Source of the DNA: Chloroflexota bacterium
GTDB lineage: Bacteria > Chloroflexota > UBA11872 > VXOZ01
Assembly: GCA_965207135.1 (NCBI GenBank)
Contig: OZ242272.1
Coordinates: 2,837,044 to 2,901,043 of the forward strand
Reading direction: 5' to 3'
DNA: 64,000 bases
Both the position numbers and the translations under genes were made by a program. Positions 51,001 to 62,217 of this stretch are shown piece after piece. Within the stretch, counting starts at the first letter, position 1; every line of letters starts with the position of its first letter. Below the pieces are notes generated by a model that was given only the letters and a program-made list of their open reading frames with translations, was not told where the DNA came from and did no database searches.

Positions 51001-52717
51001 GTTCCTGCAAGAGGTCCCCGGACGCATCGACTTCATGGACGTGTCGCCCAAGCAGATCGTGAGCGTGCCGACGTCGCTCATACCTTTCTTGGAGCATGAC
51101 GACGCAAACCGGGCGTTGATGGGCGCGAACATGCAACGGCAGGCGGTGCCGCTCCTCACACCGGAAGCGCCGTTGGTAGCCACCGGTATGGAATGGAAAG
51201 CGGCCGAAGACTCCGGTCAGGTGCTCTGCGCTGACGTTGACGGCATTGTCAGCAGCGCTACCGCCCGCGAAATCCGGCTGCTGGGCGATGACGGCGAGGA
51301 ACACATTTATCCTCTCAAGAAATTCGAGCGCACGAACGCTGCCACCTGCTTCAACCAGCGCGCAATTGTGCGCAAGGGTGAACGCGTGGTTGCGGGCCAA
51401 CCGCTTGCGGATAGCTCTTCAACGGACAACGGCCAGCTTGCCCTCGGACAAAACGTGCTCTGCGCCTTCATGTTCTGGGAAGGCGGCAACTACGAGGACG
51501 CCATCATCATCAGCGACCGCGTGGTGCAGGACGACCTTTTCACTTCCGTTCACGTTGAGAAGTACGAATGCGAAGCGCGCGACACCAAGTTGGGACCCGA
51601 AGAGATTACGCGGGACATTCCCAACGTTGCTGAAGAAGCCCTGCACAATTTGGATGAGAACGGCGTCATCTACGTGGGCGCGGAAGTCCACCCCGATGAC
51701 ATTTTGGTGGGCAAGGTCACGCCCAAGGGCGAAACGGACCTGACCGGTGAAGACCGGCTCCTGCGCGCCATCTTTGGCAAAGATGCCCGAGACGTCAAGG
51801 ATACGTCGAAGCGCATGCCGGCCGGCGAACACGGCAAAGTAGTAGACGTGCACGTTTTCAACAAGGAAATGGGCGACGAACTCTCCAGCGGCGTCAATGA
51901 AATGGTAAGAGTGTCCGTGGCCTCGAAGCGCAAGCTCATGGCCGGCGACAAAATGGCAGGCCGGCACGGCAACAAGGGCGTAGTGGCTCGCATCATGGCG
52001 GTCGAAGACATGCCGCACCTTGCCGACGGCACGCCGGTAGACATCGTGCTTAGTCCGCTTGGCGCGCCCTCACGCATGAATCTCGGTCAGATTCTTGAGG
52101 CGCATTTGGGCTGGGCGGCCCACGAACTGGGTTTCCAGGCCGTGGTGCCGGTCTTTGACAGCGCGGGCGAAGGTGAGATCGAGAGTGCATTGAATTCAGC
52201 GGGTCTGCCCAGCAACGGCAAAGACACGCTTTACGACGGCCGCTCCGGCGAAGCCTTCGACCAAGTAGTAACGGTGGGCTGGGTGTATATGCTCAAGCTT
52301 GCCCACTTGGTAGAGAATAAAGTGCACGCGCGGTCCACCGGCCCCTACTCTCTGATTACGCAGCAGCCCTTGGGCGGCAAAGCCCAGTTTGGCGGCCAGC
52401 GATTCGGTGAAATGGAGGTTTGGGCGCTGGAAGCCTATGGCGCCGCCTACACGCTGCAAGAGATGCTCACGGTAAAGTCCGATGACGTGCATGGCCGTGT
52501 GAAAACGTATGAGGCGATTGTCAAAGGGGAAGAAGTCCTCCAGCCGGGAATCCCGGAGTCTTTCAAGGTTCTCGTGAAGGAACTGCAGAGTCTCGCGCTG
52601 GCTGTTGAGGTGCTCAATGAGAATGAAGAAGAGATCCGCTTCTCTGAAGAAGGCGACTCAGAAGGCCTGCCCGATCTTGGCGGCATCAACCTGCAAGGTC
52701 GCGAGCATCACGAATAG
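48098..52717 (+). CDS. rpoB: DNA-directed RNA polymerase subunit beta, carrying a lineage-specific insertion of about 455 aa
   Basis: All beta conserved regions are present ([61 protein letters not shown]). The 1539-aa length comes from an insert between [10 protein letters not shown] and YLSADEED. Confidence 0.95.
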   Translation: MAISGKALQQRNYGKLPEILPLPDLIELQMRSFRWFQTEGLREVFAEISPIEDFTGKNFELSFEVPENPFDRPPYDENECRKRDLTYQSPLRVRAKLLIKQTGEIKEMTVFMGDFPLMSTSGTFIYNGTERVVVSQLVRSPGVYYTRREDPSGSRYLYSAKLIPNRGAWLEFETSAKDILTVKVDKRRTIPVTALLRAVGYGSDSELFGLFHEVDTNDSHPYIATTIGGQDGAQRRDPSDSHETGLREVYKRIRPGDPVTLDNAKNLIESTFFNSRRYDLGRVGRYKLNKRLQMPTPPEVRTLTPEDLVYIVRRLIELNNSQNPPDDIDHLGNRRVRAVGELLQNQFRIGLLRMERVIKERMTLQDPATVTPAALINTRPVVAAVREFFGGSQLSQFMDQTNPLSELGHKRRLSAMGPGGLSRDRAGFDVRDVHHSHYGRICPIETPEGPNIGLIGSLASYGRVNDYGFIETPYRRVFKSLTFTGAGENLLGHRVTSDVYFKIESGKKVTEKKIRALANLELEGTKIAVRPFSSTYGVEPIALSREEASDSVIAPVNVFHRVSDYSDYIEFYEDRPKIYAGHRFKQGLPEEISYLDVPSGHYRPVRNSITYGHDGIDPSGHAARQDIDTVLILAGTKVTEKQLAILRDLELAGVEIPVRPFVSQDDNDIVNCSREELEESVIAPAGTPVNDAGEFTEERIKVYDGSGLRNDASNRVNYLEESPERYRRVYNSIAVSRDGIDPIGHTARKDLTIRVISEGAKITKKQVAILRDLRLEGTKITVRPFASPIEDDLAAISQEELKNFKVTPSNAPINDIGEFTEDQIEVYDGRGFRKEDPQRVNFLEVPSGKYLSAGDVLVSITFANDGVDLRGHVAAREFRKLLIAEEAKITEREVTLLKKALMNGAEVPLRPFASMDADRVTYLSKDVHGVSYLSADEEDLYIVSQANARVNDVGEFVEDRVACRAGGQFLQEVPGRIDFMDVSPKQIVSVPTSLIPFLEHDDANRALMGANMQRQAVPLLTPEAPLVATGMEWKAAEDSGQVLCADVDGIVSSATAREIRLLGDDGEEHIYPLKKFERTNAATCFNQRAIVRKGERVVAGQPLADSSSTDNGQLALGQNVLCAFMFWEGGNYEDAIIISDRVVQDDLFTSVHVEKYECEARDTKLGPEEITRDIPNVAEEALHNLDENGVIYVGAEVHPDDILVGKVTPKGETDLTGEDRLLRAIFGKDARDVKDTSKRMPAGEHGKVVDVHVFNKEMGDELSSGVNEMVRVSVASKRKLMAGDKMAGRHGNKGVVARIMAVEDMPHLADGTPVDIVLSPLGAPSRMNLGQILEAHLGWAAHELGFQAVVPVFDSAGEGEIESALNSAGLPSNGKDTLYDGRSGEAFDQVVTVGWVYMLKLAHLVENKVHARSTGPYSLITQQPLGGKAQFGGQRFGEMEVWALEAYGAAYTLQEMLTVKSDDVHGRVKTYEAIVKGEEVLQPGIPESFKVLVKELQSLALAVEVLNENEEEIRFSEEGDSEGLPDLGGINLQGREHHE
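49618..51000 (+). repeat. Four tandem modules of about 125 aa (about 375-390 nt) inside the rpoB insertion
   Basis: Units begin [75 protein letters not shown] and [25 protein letters not shown]. Each contains ...VIAP...ND.GEFTE..I.VYDG.G.R.....RVN.LE.P. The nucleotide composition is visibly AT-richer than the flanking rpoB. Confidence 0.75.
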
Positions 52718-52899
52718 CTCAGGCTTGAAGCCTATACCCGCCCGCAAGCAGATGGATTCCCGCTTGCCCGGGCGCCACGTAGCGCGGGGGCTAGTGCCTC
52801 GTTCGCGCGAAGTGACAACAAGAAACACTACCAACGAGACTTCCCCTCAGCACAGTATCGCAGGATTGAATCCTGCGGCCACAGGAGGCGTATTGTTCT

Positions 52900-55800
52900 A
52901 TGCTCGACGTTAACGAGTTTAACGCCCTACGCATCGGTCTCGCGTCACCGGAACTCATCAAGAGCTGGTCCTATGGCGAGGTGACCAAGCCGGAAACGAT
53001 TAACTATCGCACGCTCAAGCCGGAGCGCGACGGACTATTCTGCGAACGCATTTTTGGTCCGACCAAAGACTACGAATGCTATTGCGGCAAGTACAAGCGC
53101 TACCGCTACAAGGGCATCATTTGCGATAAGTGCGGTGTCGAAGTAGCCCGCTCCCGCGTGCGCCGCGAGCGCATGGGACACATCGAGCTTGCGGCCGCAG
53201 TTAGTCACATCTGGTACTTCAAGGGCACTCCCAGCCGCCTGGGGCAGTTGCTCGATATTTCGCCGCGCAACTTGGAACGCGTTCTCTACTTTGCTGCCTA
53301 CATCATCAGCAAGGTTGAGACAGAAGTCGTGGAAGACGCGCTCGCAAACCTGGAAGAAGAAGAAAAGGACCGGCGCACGCAGCTTGAAGCGCAGACTCAG
53401 GAGCGCATCCAGGAAATCGAGGAGAAGCTGGTCACCGACCTGCAGAACCTAGACGACGCCATCTCCAAAGATGACGACCAAATGGATGAGTTGATCGAGC
53501 AGGCGACCGTTGCGGAAGAGCATCATGTCACGGAACTCCGCGATCAGCTTGCCGATTGGATGGGCGTCGCCGCCGAGTACGACCTCATCGTTCCCTGGCA
53601 GGAAGACCCATTTATTGCCGAAGATGAAGTAGTCGAGAAAAAGCTCTTGACTAGCTTTGAGAAGGCCAGCGACGAGTACATCACAAGCATCGCCGACCGG
53701 GTCCAAGTGGAGCAGGAACAACTCAGGGAAGCCCTGCCCGCGAGCCAGGAAGCCCTGCGCGAAAAGGCGGATAGTGAAATCGCGGACGCGCAAGAGCAAA
53801 TGGAGAAAGAACTGGCGGCGCTGCCGGAATTCATGGCGCAGAAGGCCGAAGATCTCAAGCTGCTGCAACCGCTGCTGATTCTCGATGAAACCCTCTACGT
53901 GCGCCTCACGCAAACGTGCGAAGGCATGTTTGAAGCGGCTATGGGCGCCGATGGGCTGCTGGATGTTTTGCGCGGCGTCGATCTCGATGCGCTCGCGGCT
54001 CACCTGCGAGATGAGGTGCGCTCAAACTCCAGCCAAAAGCGCAAACGAGCCATCAAGCGGATGCGCATCGTGGAGTCATTCCGACGCTCCGGCAACCGGC
54101 CGGAGTGGATGGTACTGTCGGTGCTGCCGGTGCTGCCGCCCGATCTGCGCCCCATGGTGCAACTGGACGGCGGGCGCTTCGCTACGAGCGATCTCAACGA
54201 CCTCTACCGACGTGTCATCAACCGCAACAACCGGTTGAAGAAACTCTTAGACCTAGGCGCGCCGGAAATTATCATTCGCAATGAAAAGCGAATGCTTCAA
54301 GAAGCAGTCGACGCGCTCGTCGACAATGGACGACGCGGACGAGCGGTAGCAGGCTCCACCGGCCACAAGCTGAAGAGCCTCTCGGACTTGCTACGCGGTA
54401 AGCAGGGGCGTTTCCGCCAGAATCTGCTAGGCAAGCGCGTAGACTACTCCGGTCGTTCCGTCATCGTCGTCGGCCCCGACTTGAAACTTCATCAGTGCGG
54501 TCTGCCCAAACGCATGGCGTTGGAGCTGTTCAAGCCTTTCGTCATGCGCACTTTGGTGGATAGCGGCCATGCTGCAACCGTGAAGATGGCAAAACGCATG
54601 GTAGAACGCGGCGCATCCGAGGTCTGGGATGCCCTGGAAGAAGTGACCACCAATCATCCGGTGTTGCTGAATCGCGCACCTACCCTGCATCGCCTTGGCA
54701 TACAGGCGTTTGAGGTGGTGCTGGTGGAAGGAAACGCGGTACAGCTTCATCCGCTCGTCTGCCAAGCGTTCAATGCGGACTTTGACGGCGATCAGATGGC
54801 AGTGCACGTGCCCCTTTCCCGCCAAGCGCGGGAGGAGGCTTACGATCTCATGCTCTCGTCACGAAACTTGCTCCTGCCCGCCGATGGTTCACCCGTTGTC
54901 AGTCCCACGAAAGACATGGTCCTGGGGTGCTACTACCTCACCAGTTTCGAGACTCCGACCAATGGCAACGGCAGCGCAGACCTGGAAGGGGCAGAGCTCA
55001 AGTCACGCGTTTTCAATGACTTCGATGAAGTCATGCTCGCGCACGATCTGGGCATGGTCGGACTGCGTGAAGTCATCAAGATTCGGGCCAATCCCGTTGA
55101 CGTGCCGGATAGCACGGAGAACCCTGACAATTCGCTCCAGTATGGCGAGCTCTATGCTGCCACGCCGGGGCAAGTGATCTTCAACCGTATTCTGCCCCGT
55201 GCATTGCGCTTCCGACAGGAGGTCATGGACAAGGGCAACCTGAAGGATGTGGTGGATGACGCTCTGCGGAGAGCCGGGTCGGACGAAGCGATTCGGCTAG
55301 TGGACGATATCAAGGAAATCGGCTTCCACTACGCCACCCTCTCCGGCTCGACAATTGCCATGTCCGACATTGAAATGCCGAGCGAGAAGACGGAAATCCT
55401 CGCTGATGCTGAAAAGCGCGTGGCACTCATCGAGCAGCAGTATAGCCGGGGGATCATCACCGATCAGGAGCAGCGGGACCTGGTAATCCGCACTTGGAAA
55501 CAGGCGCAAGATGATGTCACTGACGCAGTGAAGTTAAACCTGAGCGAAGGCGGCAACGTCTTCATGATGTCGGTTTCCGGCGCGGCCAAAGGCGGCTTCG
55601 AGCAAGTCCGTCAGTTGGCTGGCATGCGCGGCTTGATGGCCGACCCGCAGGGACGCGTCATTCCATTGCCGGTGCGTTCGAACCTCCGCGAAGGCCTGAG
55701 CGTGCTCGAGTACTTCATCTCCACCCACGGGGCGCGGAAGGGTCTGGCCGATACGGCGCTGCGTACCGCAGACTCCGGCTACTTGACCCGCCGTCTCATA

Positions 55801-57444
55801 GACGTGGCGCAAGATGTAATCATCCGTGAGGATGACTGCGGCGCCGCTATCGGCATTACGACGCACGCACCGCAAGACCGCGATGTTGCCGACACGCTCG
55901 GCGAGCGCGTAACCGGTCGCTTTGCCCTGCATCCCATCATCGATCAGCGCACCGGCGAGATCATCGTGGATGCCGGACAACTCATCGACGACGAAGAAGC
56001 CAGGGCTATTGACGACGCCGGCTTGGAGAGCATCCAGGTGCGCAGCCCCGTAACTTGCCAGGCGCGGGTTGGGCTCTGCGCCAAGTGCTACGGTCGGGAC
56101 CTAGCCCGCAATGCGGTAGTGGCCGAGGGCGCTGCGGTGGGCATCATCGCCGCCCAGTCCATTGGCGAGCCGGGCACCCAGCTTACCATGCGTACTTTTC
56201 ACACCGGCGGTGTGGCCACCGAGGACATCACACGCGGTCTACCGCGCGTGGAAGAACTCTTCGAGGCGCGCCAGCCAAAAGGCGTCGCCACGATCAGCGA
56301 CATCGACGGCGAGGTCGCCGTCGAACGCGCTGACGACCACCTACAGGTTACTGTGACTTCGGTTCAGACGTTTACCGAACGCATCGAGGTGCCGGCTGGC
56401 TATACGCTGCTCGTTGACGAAGGCGAAGAGGTGCCGTACGGCCATGTCCTCGCCCGCCAAGAAGCAGGAACCGAAGGAAAGCCGGAGGATGCCGCAGGTA
56501 AAGGTACCGAGATAGCTGAGCAGGAAATCTTCGCCCACGTCGCAGGCAGCGTAACTTTGGAAGACGGTTTCGTTATTGTCAACTTCCAAGAAACCGAAGA
56601 GCGCGAATACGCGGTGCCGCTCTCTGCGTACCTGCTCGTCAAAGCCGGTGACACCATCCGCGCCGGTGACCAACTCACAGAAGGTTCGAAGAACCCGCAG
56701 GATGTTCTGCGCATCCTGGGTCGTGAGGCTGTCCAGCGCTACCTCGTGGACGAGGTCCAAAAGGTGTATCGCTCACAAGGCGTGTACATCAACGACAAGC
56801 ACATAGAGGTCATCGTCCGGCAAATGTTGCGGCGTGTCCGCATCGAACACGCCGGCGACACTGATTATCTCCCAGGAGAGCTCGTGGATAGGCTCAAGTT
56901 CGAGGAGTCCAACGAGCGCGTTCTGGCCGAAGGCGGGGAGGCGGTTACTGCCGAACAGATGCTGTTAGGTATTACCAAGTCCAGCCTGCAGACGGACTCG
57001 TTCCTGGCTGCCGCCTCGTTCCAGGAGACCACCCGCGTTCTTACCGACGCGGCTCTTGAAGGAACGGTTGACCGATTGGTGAGCCTCAAAGAGAACGTCA
57101 TTATCGGCAAGCTCATTCCGGCCGGTACCGGCATTCGCGCCCGCGAAGAGGCAGCCGCATTGCGTAGCCGACAGGCCGCGGAACAGGCAGCCGCAGCCCT
57201 CTTCACGGATGAGGACGACTCCGACGGTGATGGGGAAGAGGTGGTCGCCGCGTCTGCGGCGAAGCCGGCCGCGACGTTGCAGGAACAAGCAACGCGATTC
57301 TTCGAGAGCGGCGATGGCGAGGAACCTGCTGCGGAGGCTAGTCAGGAAGTCCCAGCCGCGGAGATATCGCGCGAAGAGCCCGCCGGCGATGCATCTTCAG
57401 ACGAACCTACTGCGGAAGCATCGTCCGAAGAGCCCACGACGTAG
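52900..57444 (+). CDS. rpoC: DNA-directed RNA polymerase subunit beta'
   Basis: Zn-finger [20 protein letters not shown], the catalytic NADFDGD, and trigger-loop and bridge-helix regions. The long acidic C-terminal tail gives 1514 aa. Confidence 0.95.
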   Translation: MLDVNEFNALRIGLASPELIKSWSYGEVTKPETINYRTLKPERDGLFCERIFGPTKDYECYCGKYKRYRYKGIICDKCGVEVARSRVRRERMGHIELAAAVSHIWYFKGTPSRLGQLLDISPRNLERVLYFAAYIISKVETEVVEDALANLEEEEKDRRTQLEAQTQERIQEIEEKLVTDLQNLDDAISKDDDQMDELIEQATVAEEHHVTELRDQLADWMGVAAEYDLIVPWQEDPFIAEDEVVEKKLLTSFEKASDEYITSIADRVQVEQEQLREALPASQEALREKADSEIADAQEQMEKELAALPEFMAQKAEDLKLLQPLLILDETLYVRLTQTCEGMFEAAMGADGLLDVLRGVDLDALAAHLRDEVRSNSSQKRKRAIKRMRIVESFRRSGNRPEWMVLSVLPVLPPDLRPMVQLDGGRFATSDLNDLYRRVINRNNRLKKLLDLGAPEIIIRNEKRMLQEAVDALVDNGRRGRAVAGSTGHKLKSLSDLLRGKQGRFRQNLLGKRVDYSGRSVIVVGPDLKLHQCGLPKRMALELFKPFVMRTLVDSGHAATVKMAKRMVERGASEVWDALEEVTTNHPVLLNRAPTLHRLGIQAFEVVLVEGNAVQLHPLVCQAFNADFDGDQMAVHVPLSRQAREEAYDLMLSSRNLLLPADGSPVVSPTKDMVLGCYYLTSFETPTNGNGSADLEGAELKSRVFNDFDEVMLAHDLGMVGLREVIKIRANPVDVPDSTENPDNSLQYGELYAATPGQVIFNRILPRALRFRQEVMDKGNLKDVVDDALRRAGSDEAIRLVDDIKEIGFHYATLSGSTIAMSDIEMPSEKTEILADAEKRVALIEQQYSRGIITDQEQRDLVIRTWKQAQDDVTDAVKLNLSEGGNVFMMSVSGAAKGGFEQVRQLAGMRGLMADPQGRVIPLPVRSNLREGLSVLEYFISTHGARKGLADTALRTADSGYLTRRLIDVAQDVIIREDDCGAAIGITTHAPQDRDVADTLGERVTGRFALHPIIDQRTGEIIVDAGQLIDDEEARAIDDAGLESIQVRSPVTCQARVGLCAKCYGRDLARNAVVAEGAAVGIIAAQSIGEPGTQLTMRTFHTGGVATEDITRGLPRVEELFEARQPKGVATISDIDGEVAVERADDHLQVTVTSVQTFTERIEVPAGYTLLVDEGEEVPYGHVLARQEAGTEGKPEDAAGKGTEIAEQEIFAHVAGSVTLEDGFVIVNFQETEEREYAVPLSAYLLVKAGDTIRAGDQLTEGSKNPQDVLRILGREAVQRYLVDEVQKVYRSQGVYINDKHIEVIVRQMLRRVRIEHAGDTDYLPGELVDRLKFEESNERVLAEGGEAVTAEQMLLGITKSSLQTDSFLAAASFQETTRVLTDAALEGTVDRLVSLKENVIIGKLIPAGTGIRAREEAAALRSRQAAEQAAAALFTDEDDSDGDGEEVVAASAAKPAATLQEQATRFFESGDGEEPAAEASQEVPAAEISREEPAGDASSDEPTAEASSEEPTT

Positions 57445-57489
57445 GTCGCATCCGGCTGACTGGGTCGAGGGGTTGTTTGTACGCTTTGA

Positions 57490-57545
57490 GAGCAGGGCAG
57501 GGGTGAGTACTTAGTGCTCGCTCCTGCCCTGCTCGCTTTCTCGCA
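57490..57545 (+). terminator. Candidate terminator of the rpoBC operon
   Basis: 12-bp stem GAGCAGGGCAGG...CCTGCCCTGCTC with a 21-nt loop, then GCTTTCTCG. Confidence 0.4.
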
Positions 57546-57574
57546 ACTGCGACGTCCCGCCCCCGAAGGACGAG

Positions 57575-58042
57575 CTATGCCTGGCGGCGAGGCGTATCCC
57601 TGTCCTCCGAATTGAGGACTATGGTCACCGGCCCGTCGTTGACAAGCGACAGTTGCATCATCGCGCCGAATTCACCGCAGCCGACGGCAATCCCCTGCTT
57701 GCGCAGCTTGCTGACAACCTGCGCAAGCAGTGGTTCCGCTTCCGTCGGCCGGGCGGACTTGGTAAAGCTCGGCCGACGGCCCTTCCGGGTCTCGCCGTAG
57801 AGCGTGAATTGGGACACAATAAGCAGCGCGCCCTCCACGTCTTGCACGGAGAGATTCATCTTGTCCGCAGCATCGCTAAAGATGCGTAACGTGGCAAGCT
57901 TTGTTGCAATGTAGGCCGCGTCATCCTCGGTATCGCCCGTTTTCACCGCGATGAGGGCGACAAGCCCTTGCTCGATGCGGGCGACAAGCCTCTCTTCAAC
58001 GTCGACGCGCGCTTCGCGCACGCGTTGCACCACAGCCAACAT
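57575..58042 (-). CDS. dtd: D-aminoacyl-tRNA deacylase
   Basis: MLAVVQRV...SQFTLYGETRKGRRPSF...NDGPVTIVL carries the Dtd signature motifs SQFTL and NDGPVT. Confidence 0.85.
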   Translation of the reverse strand: MLAVVQRVREARVDVEERLVARIEQGLVALIAVKTGDTEDDAAYIATKLATLRIFSDAADKMNLSVQDVEGALLIVSQFTLYGETRKGRRPSFTKSARPTEAEPLLAQVVSKLRKQGIAVGCGEFGAMMQLSLVNDGPVTIVLNSEDRDTPRRQA

Positions 58043-58391
58043 AAAGTTATCCTAAAGGGGCTTTAACGTAGTGACAGTGCTCTTGCAGAGTATACCATGC
58101 GCTTGGGTGCGCCTTGGCATGCCACAACGGCTGTTTCTGGGGTATAATGGGGTCTATGGAGCGGGCCAAACCAAAGGCGGTGTGTGCGGATCGATTGAGT
58201 GCGGATGACGCCTCTCCGGTTTGGTTCGCGCTCGCACCAGAGCGCACAAGAGTGTGCGGAAATCATATAACAGTAGGCGGCACAGCGTGACGTGCCCTTG
58301 GTGGGGTGCATGTTCTACGCTGTGATTTGTGCGTAATGTGATTTCGAACTAAAGGCTTCCAGCCTGCGGTGCCAAAGGAGGTAACACGGGA

Positions 58392-59435
58392 ATGGGTCAA
58401 AGCCAGAAACCAACCGACCGGATCTCGGACGCGGAACTTCCGGTACGCGAAGCCGGCGATCTCGGCAATTACGAAAACGACCAACTTCTCGACTTCTACT
58501 CCAGCATGCTATTCGTGCGGCGCTTTGAAGAGCGGGTCGCCGAAATGTATCTGCGCGCCAAGATCGGCGGCTACTGTCACCTCAATATCGGGGAAGAGGC
58601 CACGGTCGTGGGCACGCTCAAAGCCTTGCGCGAGGACGACTACTTCTTTGGAAGTTACCGTACTCATGGTTTTGCCATCGTCCGAGATCTTTCGCCCGGC
58701 GCGGTCATGGCGGAGCTCTTTGGCAAGCGGGATGGCTGCGCGCGCGGCCGCGGCGGTTCCATGCACCTGGTCGACCCCGATCGGCGTTTCATGGGTGGAT
58801 ATGGCATCGTTGGCGGCAGCATTCCCCTTTCCACAGGGGTCGCATTCGCAAGCAAGTACCGCAACACAGACGAAATCGTCATGTCGGTCTTTGGCGACGG
58901 CGCGACCAATATCGGCACCTTCCACGAAGCCCTCAATATGGCCTCTTTGTGGAAGTTGCCCAATCTGTTCATTTGCACTAACAATCAATATGGCATGGGC
59001 ACCAGCGTTGCGCGCGCCTCCGCAGTTACGGAACTGTGGAAGAAGGGCGTCGCTTACGATATCCCCGGGTACAAGGTCAACGGCATGGACGTGCTGGCGG
59101 TCTATCAGCTCACAAAGAAACTAGTGGAAGAAGTGCGCCGCACGAAAGAGCCGATATTCGTCGAGTGCGTAACCTACCGCTACCGGGGCCACTCAATGGC
59201 CGATGCAGGCAAGAATTACCGAACCAATGAGGAAATTGCAGCGTGGCGCAAGCGTGATCCGGTGGAGAACTTCCGCAAGCGTCTCCTCGAGGGCGAGATC
59301 TTCACGCAAAAGGACGCCGACGCCATTGAGGAAAAGGTGCTTGCCAAGGTGCAAGACGCGGTAGACTATGCCGAAGCGAGTCCCTTCCCTGACGTAGCCG
59401 ATCTGCAGCAGTTCGTCTACGCGGAGGATGCGTAG
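58392..59435 (+). CDS. pdhA: Pyruvate dehydrogenase (or 2-oxoacid DH) E1 component alpha subunit
   Basis: TPP-binding E1-alpha fold with GDGATNIGTFHEALNMA and YRYRGHSMAD (phospho-loop-like). Confidence 0.9.
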   Translation: MGQSQKPTDRISDAELPVREAGDLGNYENDQLLDFYSSMLFVRRFEERVAEMYLRAKIGGYCHLNIGEEATVVGTLKALREDDYFFGSYRTHGFAIVRDLSPGAVMAELFGKRDGCARGRGGSMHLVDPDRRFMGGYGIVGGSIPLSTGVAFASKYRNTDEIVMSVFGDGATNIGTFHEALNMASLWKLPNLFICTNNQYGMGTSVARASAVTELWKKGVAYDIPGYKVNGMDVLAVYQLTKKLVEEVRRTKEPIFVECVTYRYRGHSMADAGKNYRTNEEIAAWRKRDPVENFRKRLLEGEIFTQKDADAIEEKVLAKVQDAVDYAEASPFPDVADLQQFVYAEDA

Positions 59436-59512
59436 GCATGGCAGTGTACGATACTCACCGAGCCGTAAAGACACTCACTGCCGCCGGCTTCAGTGAGGCA
59501 TAGGCGGAAGCC

Positions 59513-59737
59513 ATGATTGATGCTATGGGCGACTCTCATGATGCACTCGCCACTAAAGCCGACCTGAATAAATTGGCTCAGGCAACCAAAGCCAACCTCA
59601 ATGAACTGGCTCAGACTACCAAAGCCGACTTGCGAGAGCTAGAGTTGCGCATGCGCTTACATCTGGGCGCATACGTGTTTGCAGCGGCTGGCCTTGTAAT
59701 AGCAGTGCTGCTCGCATTGGAGTGGTTGCCGCGCTAA
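59513..59737 (+). CDS. DUF1640-like coiled-coil/TM protein paralog (74-aa version), inserted between pdhA and pdhB. A conserved 21-codon segment plus an in-frame TAG lie upstream at 59437-59502.
   Basis: MIDAMGDSHDALATKADLNKLAQATKANLNELAQTTKADLRELELRMRLHLGAYVFAAAGLVIAVLLALEWLPR is homologous to 32151-32480. Upstream, MAVYDTHRAVKTLTAAGFSEA-TAG aligns codon for codon with the paralog N-terminus. Confidence 0.5.
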   Translation: MIDAMGDSHDALATKADLNKLAQATKANLNELAQTTKADLRELELRMRLHLGAYVFAAAGLVIAVLLALEWLPR

Positions 59738-59794
59738 GCACTATTGGCTGGTGGCTCCATTTTGCCACCAACTAGCTCAGGGAGCACAGGACCA

Positions 59795-60772
59795 ATGGCC
59801 GAAATCACGTACCGTGAAGCCTTGCGCGATGCCCTCATTGAGGAAATGGACCAGGACCCGGATGTCTTCATCATGGGTGAAGAGGTGGGTGTCTTCCAAG
59901 GCGCATACAAGGTCACTGAGGGCTTGCTCGACCGTTTTGGCGAAAAGCGGGTCGTCGATACACCGATCGCCGAGGAAGGCTTTATCGGTATTGGCACCGG
60001 CGCGGCGATGACGGGTTTACGCCCCGTCGTAGAGTTGATGACGATCAATTTCGGCATGGTTGCAATGGACCAGATCGCGAACCATGCCGCCAAGATCAGC
60101 TATATGTTCGGCGGCAGACTTAAGTGCCCCATGGTCATTCGCGCTCCCGGCGGTGGCGGTCAGCAGCTTACAGCCCAACACTCGCACAGCCTGGACGTGT
60201 GGTTTGCGTACATTCCCGGCCTAAAGGTGGTCGCACCGGCGGTGCCGGCCGATGCCAAGGGCATGCTCAAGACCGCCATTCGCGACGATAATCCCGTGAT
60301 GTTCTTGGAACATCTCTGGCTCTACAACACCAAGGGCGTGGTGCCGGAAGGCGAGCATACGGTGCCCTTTGGGGAAGCTGACGTGAAACGCGTGGGCAGC
60401 GATGTCACCCTCATCGCGCACTCGCGGATGGTTCTCTTTGCGTTGCAAGCTGCCGCTCAGTTGAGCGAAGAAGGCATTAGCGTGGAAGTCATAGACCTAC
60501 GCAGCATTCGCCCGTTGGATGCGGAGACTCTCGTCCACTCGGTGCAGAAGACCAATCACTGCGTCATAGCCGAAGAAGAGCACCGCTCTTTTGGCGTCAA
60601 TGCCGAAGTGGCCGCGACCATCTATGAAGAAGCGTTTGACTACCTGGATGCCCCCATCGAGCGCGTAGGCGGCGTGGAAGTGCCCATGCCTTATTCCAAA
60701 CCCTTGGAGCAAGAAGTGATTCCCAGCCCGGCAAAGATCGTGGACGCCGTCAAGCGAACCCTCGGCAGCTAA
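59795..60772 (+). CDS. pdhB: Pyruvate dehydrogenase E1 component beta subunit
   Basis: The start is taken at MAEITYREALRDAL (ATG 59795). Transketolase-like pyrimidine-binding and C-terminal domains are present (GEEVGVFQGAYKVT, VRAPGGGG). Confidence 0.9.
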   Translation: MAEITYREALRDALIEEMDQDPDVFIMGEEVGVFQGAYKVTEGLLDRFGEKRVVDTPIAEEGFIGIGTGAAMTGLRPVVELMTINFGMVAMDQIANHAAKISYMFGGRLKCPMVIRAPGGGGQQLTAQHSHSLDVWFAYIPGLKVVAPAVPADAKGMLKTAIRDDNPVMFLEHLWLYNTKGVVPEGEHTVPFGEADVKRVGSDVTLIAHSRMVLFALQAAAQLSEEGISVEVIDLRSIRPLDAETLVHSVQKTNHCVIAEEEHRSFGVNAEVAATIYEEAFDYLDAPIERVGGVEVPMPYSKPLEQEVIPSPAKIVDAVKRTLGS

Positions 60773-60799
60773 GCCGGTAGGAGAGGATATTCGGCAGAT

Positions 60800-62038
60800 A
60801 TGGCACGCGAAATTCCCATGCCGCGGCTGAGCGACACGATGGAGGAAGGCAGAGTCCTGCAGTGGTATAAGCAGGTGGGCGATAGTGTCAAGAAAGGCGA
60901 GTTGCTCGCTGAAATCGAAACCGACAAGGCCGTGATGGACCTCGAGTCGGTGGAGGATGGAATTCTGCTGCAACTAATCGTTGCAGAGGGTGGCGCGGCA
61001 GCCTTGGGTGCGCCGATAGCACTCGTGGGAGATGAGAGCGAATTAGGCAAGGAAATTGCCGCTGCCGCGCCAAACGCGGCAGGCGAAGCAGCCCCTCAGC
61101 CAAGCACTGCCGGAACTGACGGCGCCACCGCGAGCACTGCTACTCCTCCCGCGCAGCCTGCCAGTGCAGCGGTCGCAGGCGGGGCTGCCGGCCGCATCAA
61201 AGCGTCGCCGCTCGCGCGTCGCCTCGCAGCGGAGCAGGGCATTGATCTTACCAAGATAAAGGGCACTGGGCCCGGCGGTCGCATTGTCAGGGAAGATGTT
61301 GAAAACGCGGCGCACGTTGTCGCGGTAGCAGACGATCCTGCCGCTGAGCCAATTTCCTCTGAGGTAGCCTCGCTCTCCCGCATGCAGTCCACAATTGTCC
61401 GGCGTATGCTGGAAAGCAAGACGACGGTGCCGCACTTCTACGTGACAATGGAAGTGGACATGGGCGCGGCAAGGGAGATGCGCGCCCAAGTCAATGCGGC
61501 CTGGAGTGAAGAAGAGCGCATCAGCTTCAACGACATCGTTATCAGAGCTTCCGCGCTCGCTCTGATGCGGCATCCGGAAGCCAACGGCTCCTATCGCGAC
61601 GGTGGGTTTGTCTACCATCAAGAAGCAAACATCGGTATTGCCGTGGCTGTGCCGGACGGTTTGCTTGTCCCCGTGCTCAAGAACTGTGAAACCAAGCCGC
61701 TCCGCCGCTTGGCAGCGGAAGCCAAGGTGCTGGTGGAGCGTACCCGCGCCGGCAAGAATAGACCGGGCGACTTGGAAGGTGGCACCTTTACCGTCTCGAA
61801 TCTCGGCATGTTCGGCGTGCGCGACTTCTACGCGATTGTAAATCCGCCCCAGGCAGCCATCATTGCCGTAGGGGCGATTGAACAGCGGCCTGTCGTCCGC
61901 GAGGGCGAGATCGTGGTGGGCAACATCATGAACCTCAGCCTCTCGGCCGATCACCGCATTCTGTACGGCGCGCCCGCGGCTGAGTTCTTGCGCGACCTGA
62001 AGGACCTCTTGGAGAATCCCTATAATCTCCTCGGCTAA
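60800..62038 (+). CDS. pdhC: Dihydrolipoamide acetyltransferase (E2)
   Basis: Lipoyl domain with LAEIETDKAVMDLES, a subunit-binding domain, and the catalytic C-terminal domain with the DHR motif (SLSADHRILYGA). Confidence 0.9.
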   Translation: MAREIPMPRLSDTMEEGRVLQWYKQVGDSVKKGELLAEIETDKAVMDLESVEDGILLQLIVAEGGAAALGAPIALVGDESELGKEIAAAAPNAAGEAAPQPSTAGTDGATASTATPPAQPASAAVAGGAAGRIKASPLARRLAAEQGIDLTKIKGTGPGGRIVREDVENAAHVVAVADDPAAEPISSEVASLSRMQSTIVRRMLESKTTVPHFYVTMEVDMGAAREMRAQVNAAWSEEERISFNDIVIRASALALMRHPEANGSYRDGGFVYHQEANIGIAVAVPDGLLVPVLKNCETKPLRRLAAEAKVLVERTRAGKNRPGDLEGGTFTVSNLGMFGVRDFYAIVNPPQAAIIAVGAIEQRPVVREGEIVVGNIMNLSLSADHRILYGAPAAEFLRDLKDLLENPYNLLG

Positions 62039-62217
62039 GTTGACAGGCAACCAAGCTTCTTGGCACATGCATAGGGCGAACCGGATGTTCGCCCTATTTG
62101 ATTCCTACGCCGTGCTTTCGGCAAGATGGAGTCAGTACATCTGACGGGAAACCAAAGAAAGACTAGAGCAGGGATTGCCGCCCGCGGGCTGGCGCGATCA
62201 CCTGAAGGAAAGGCGCA

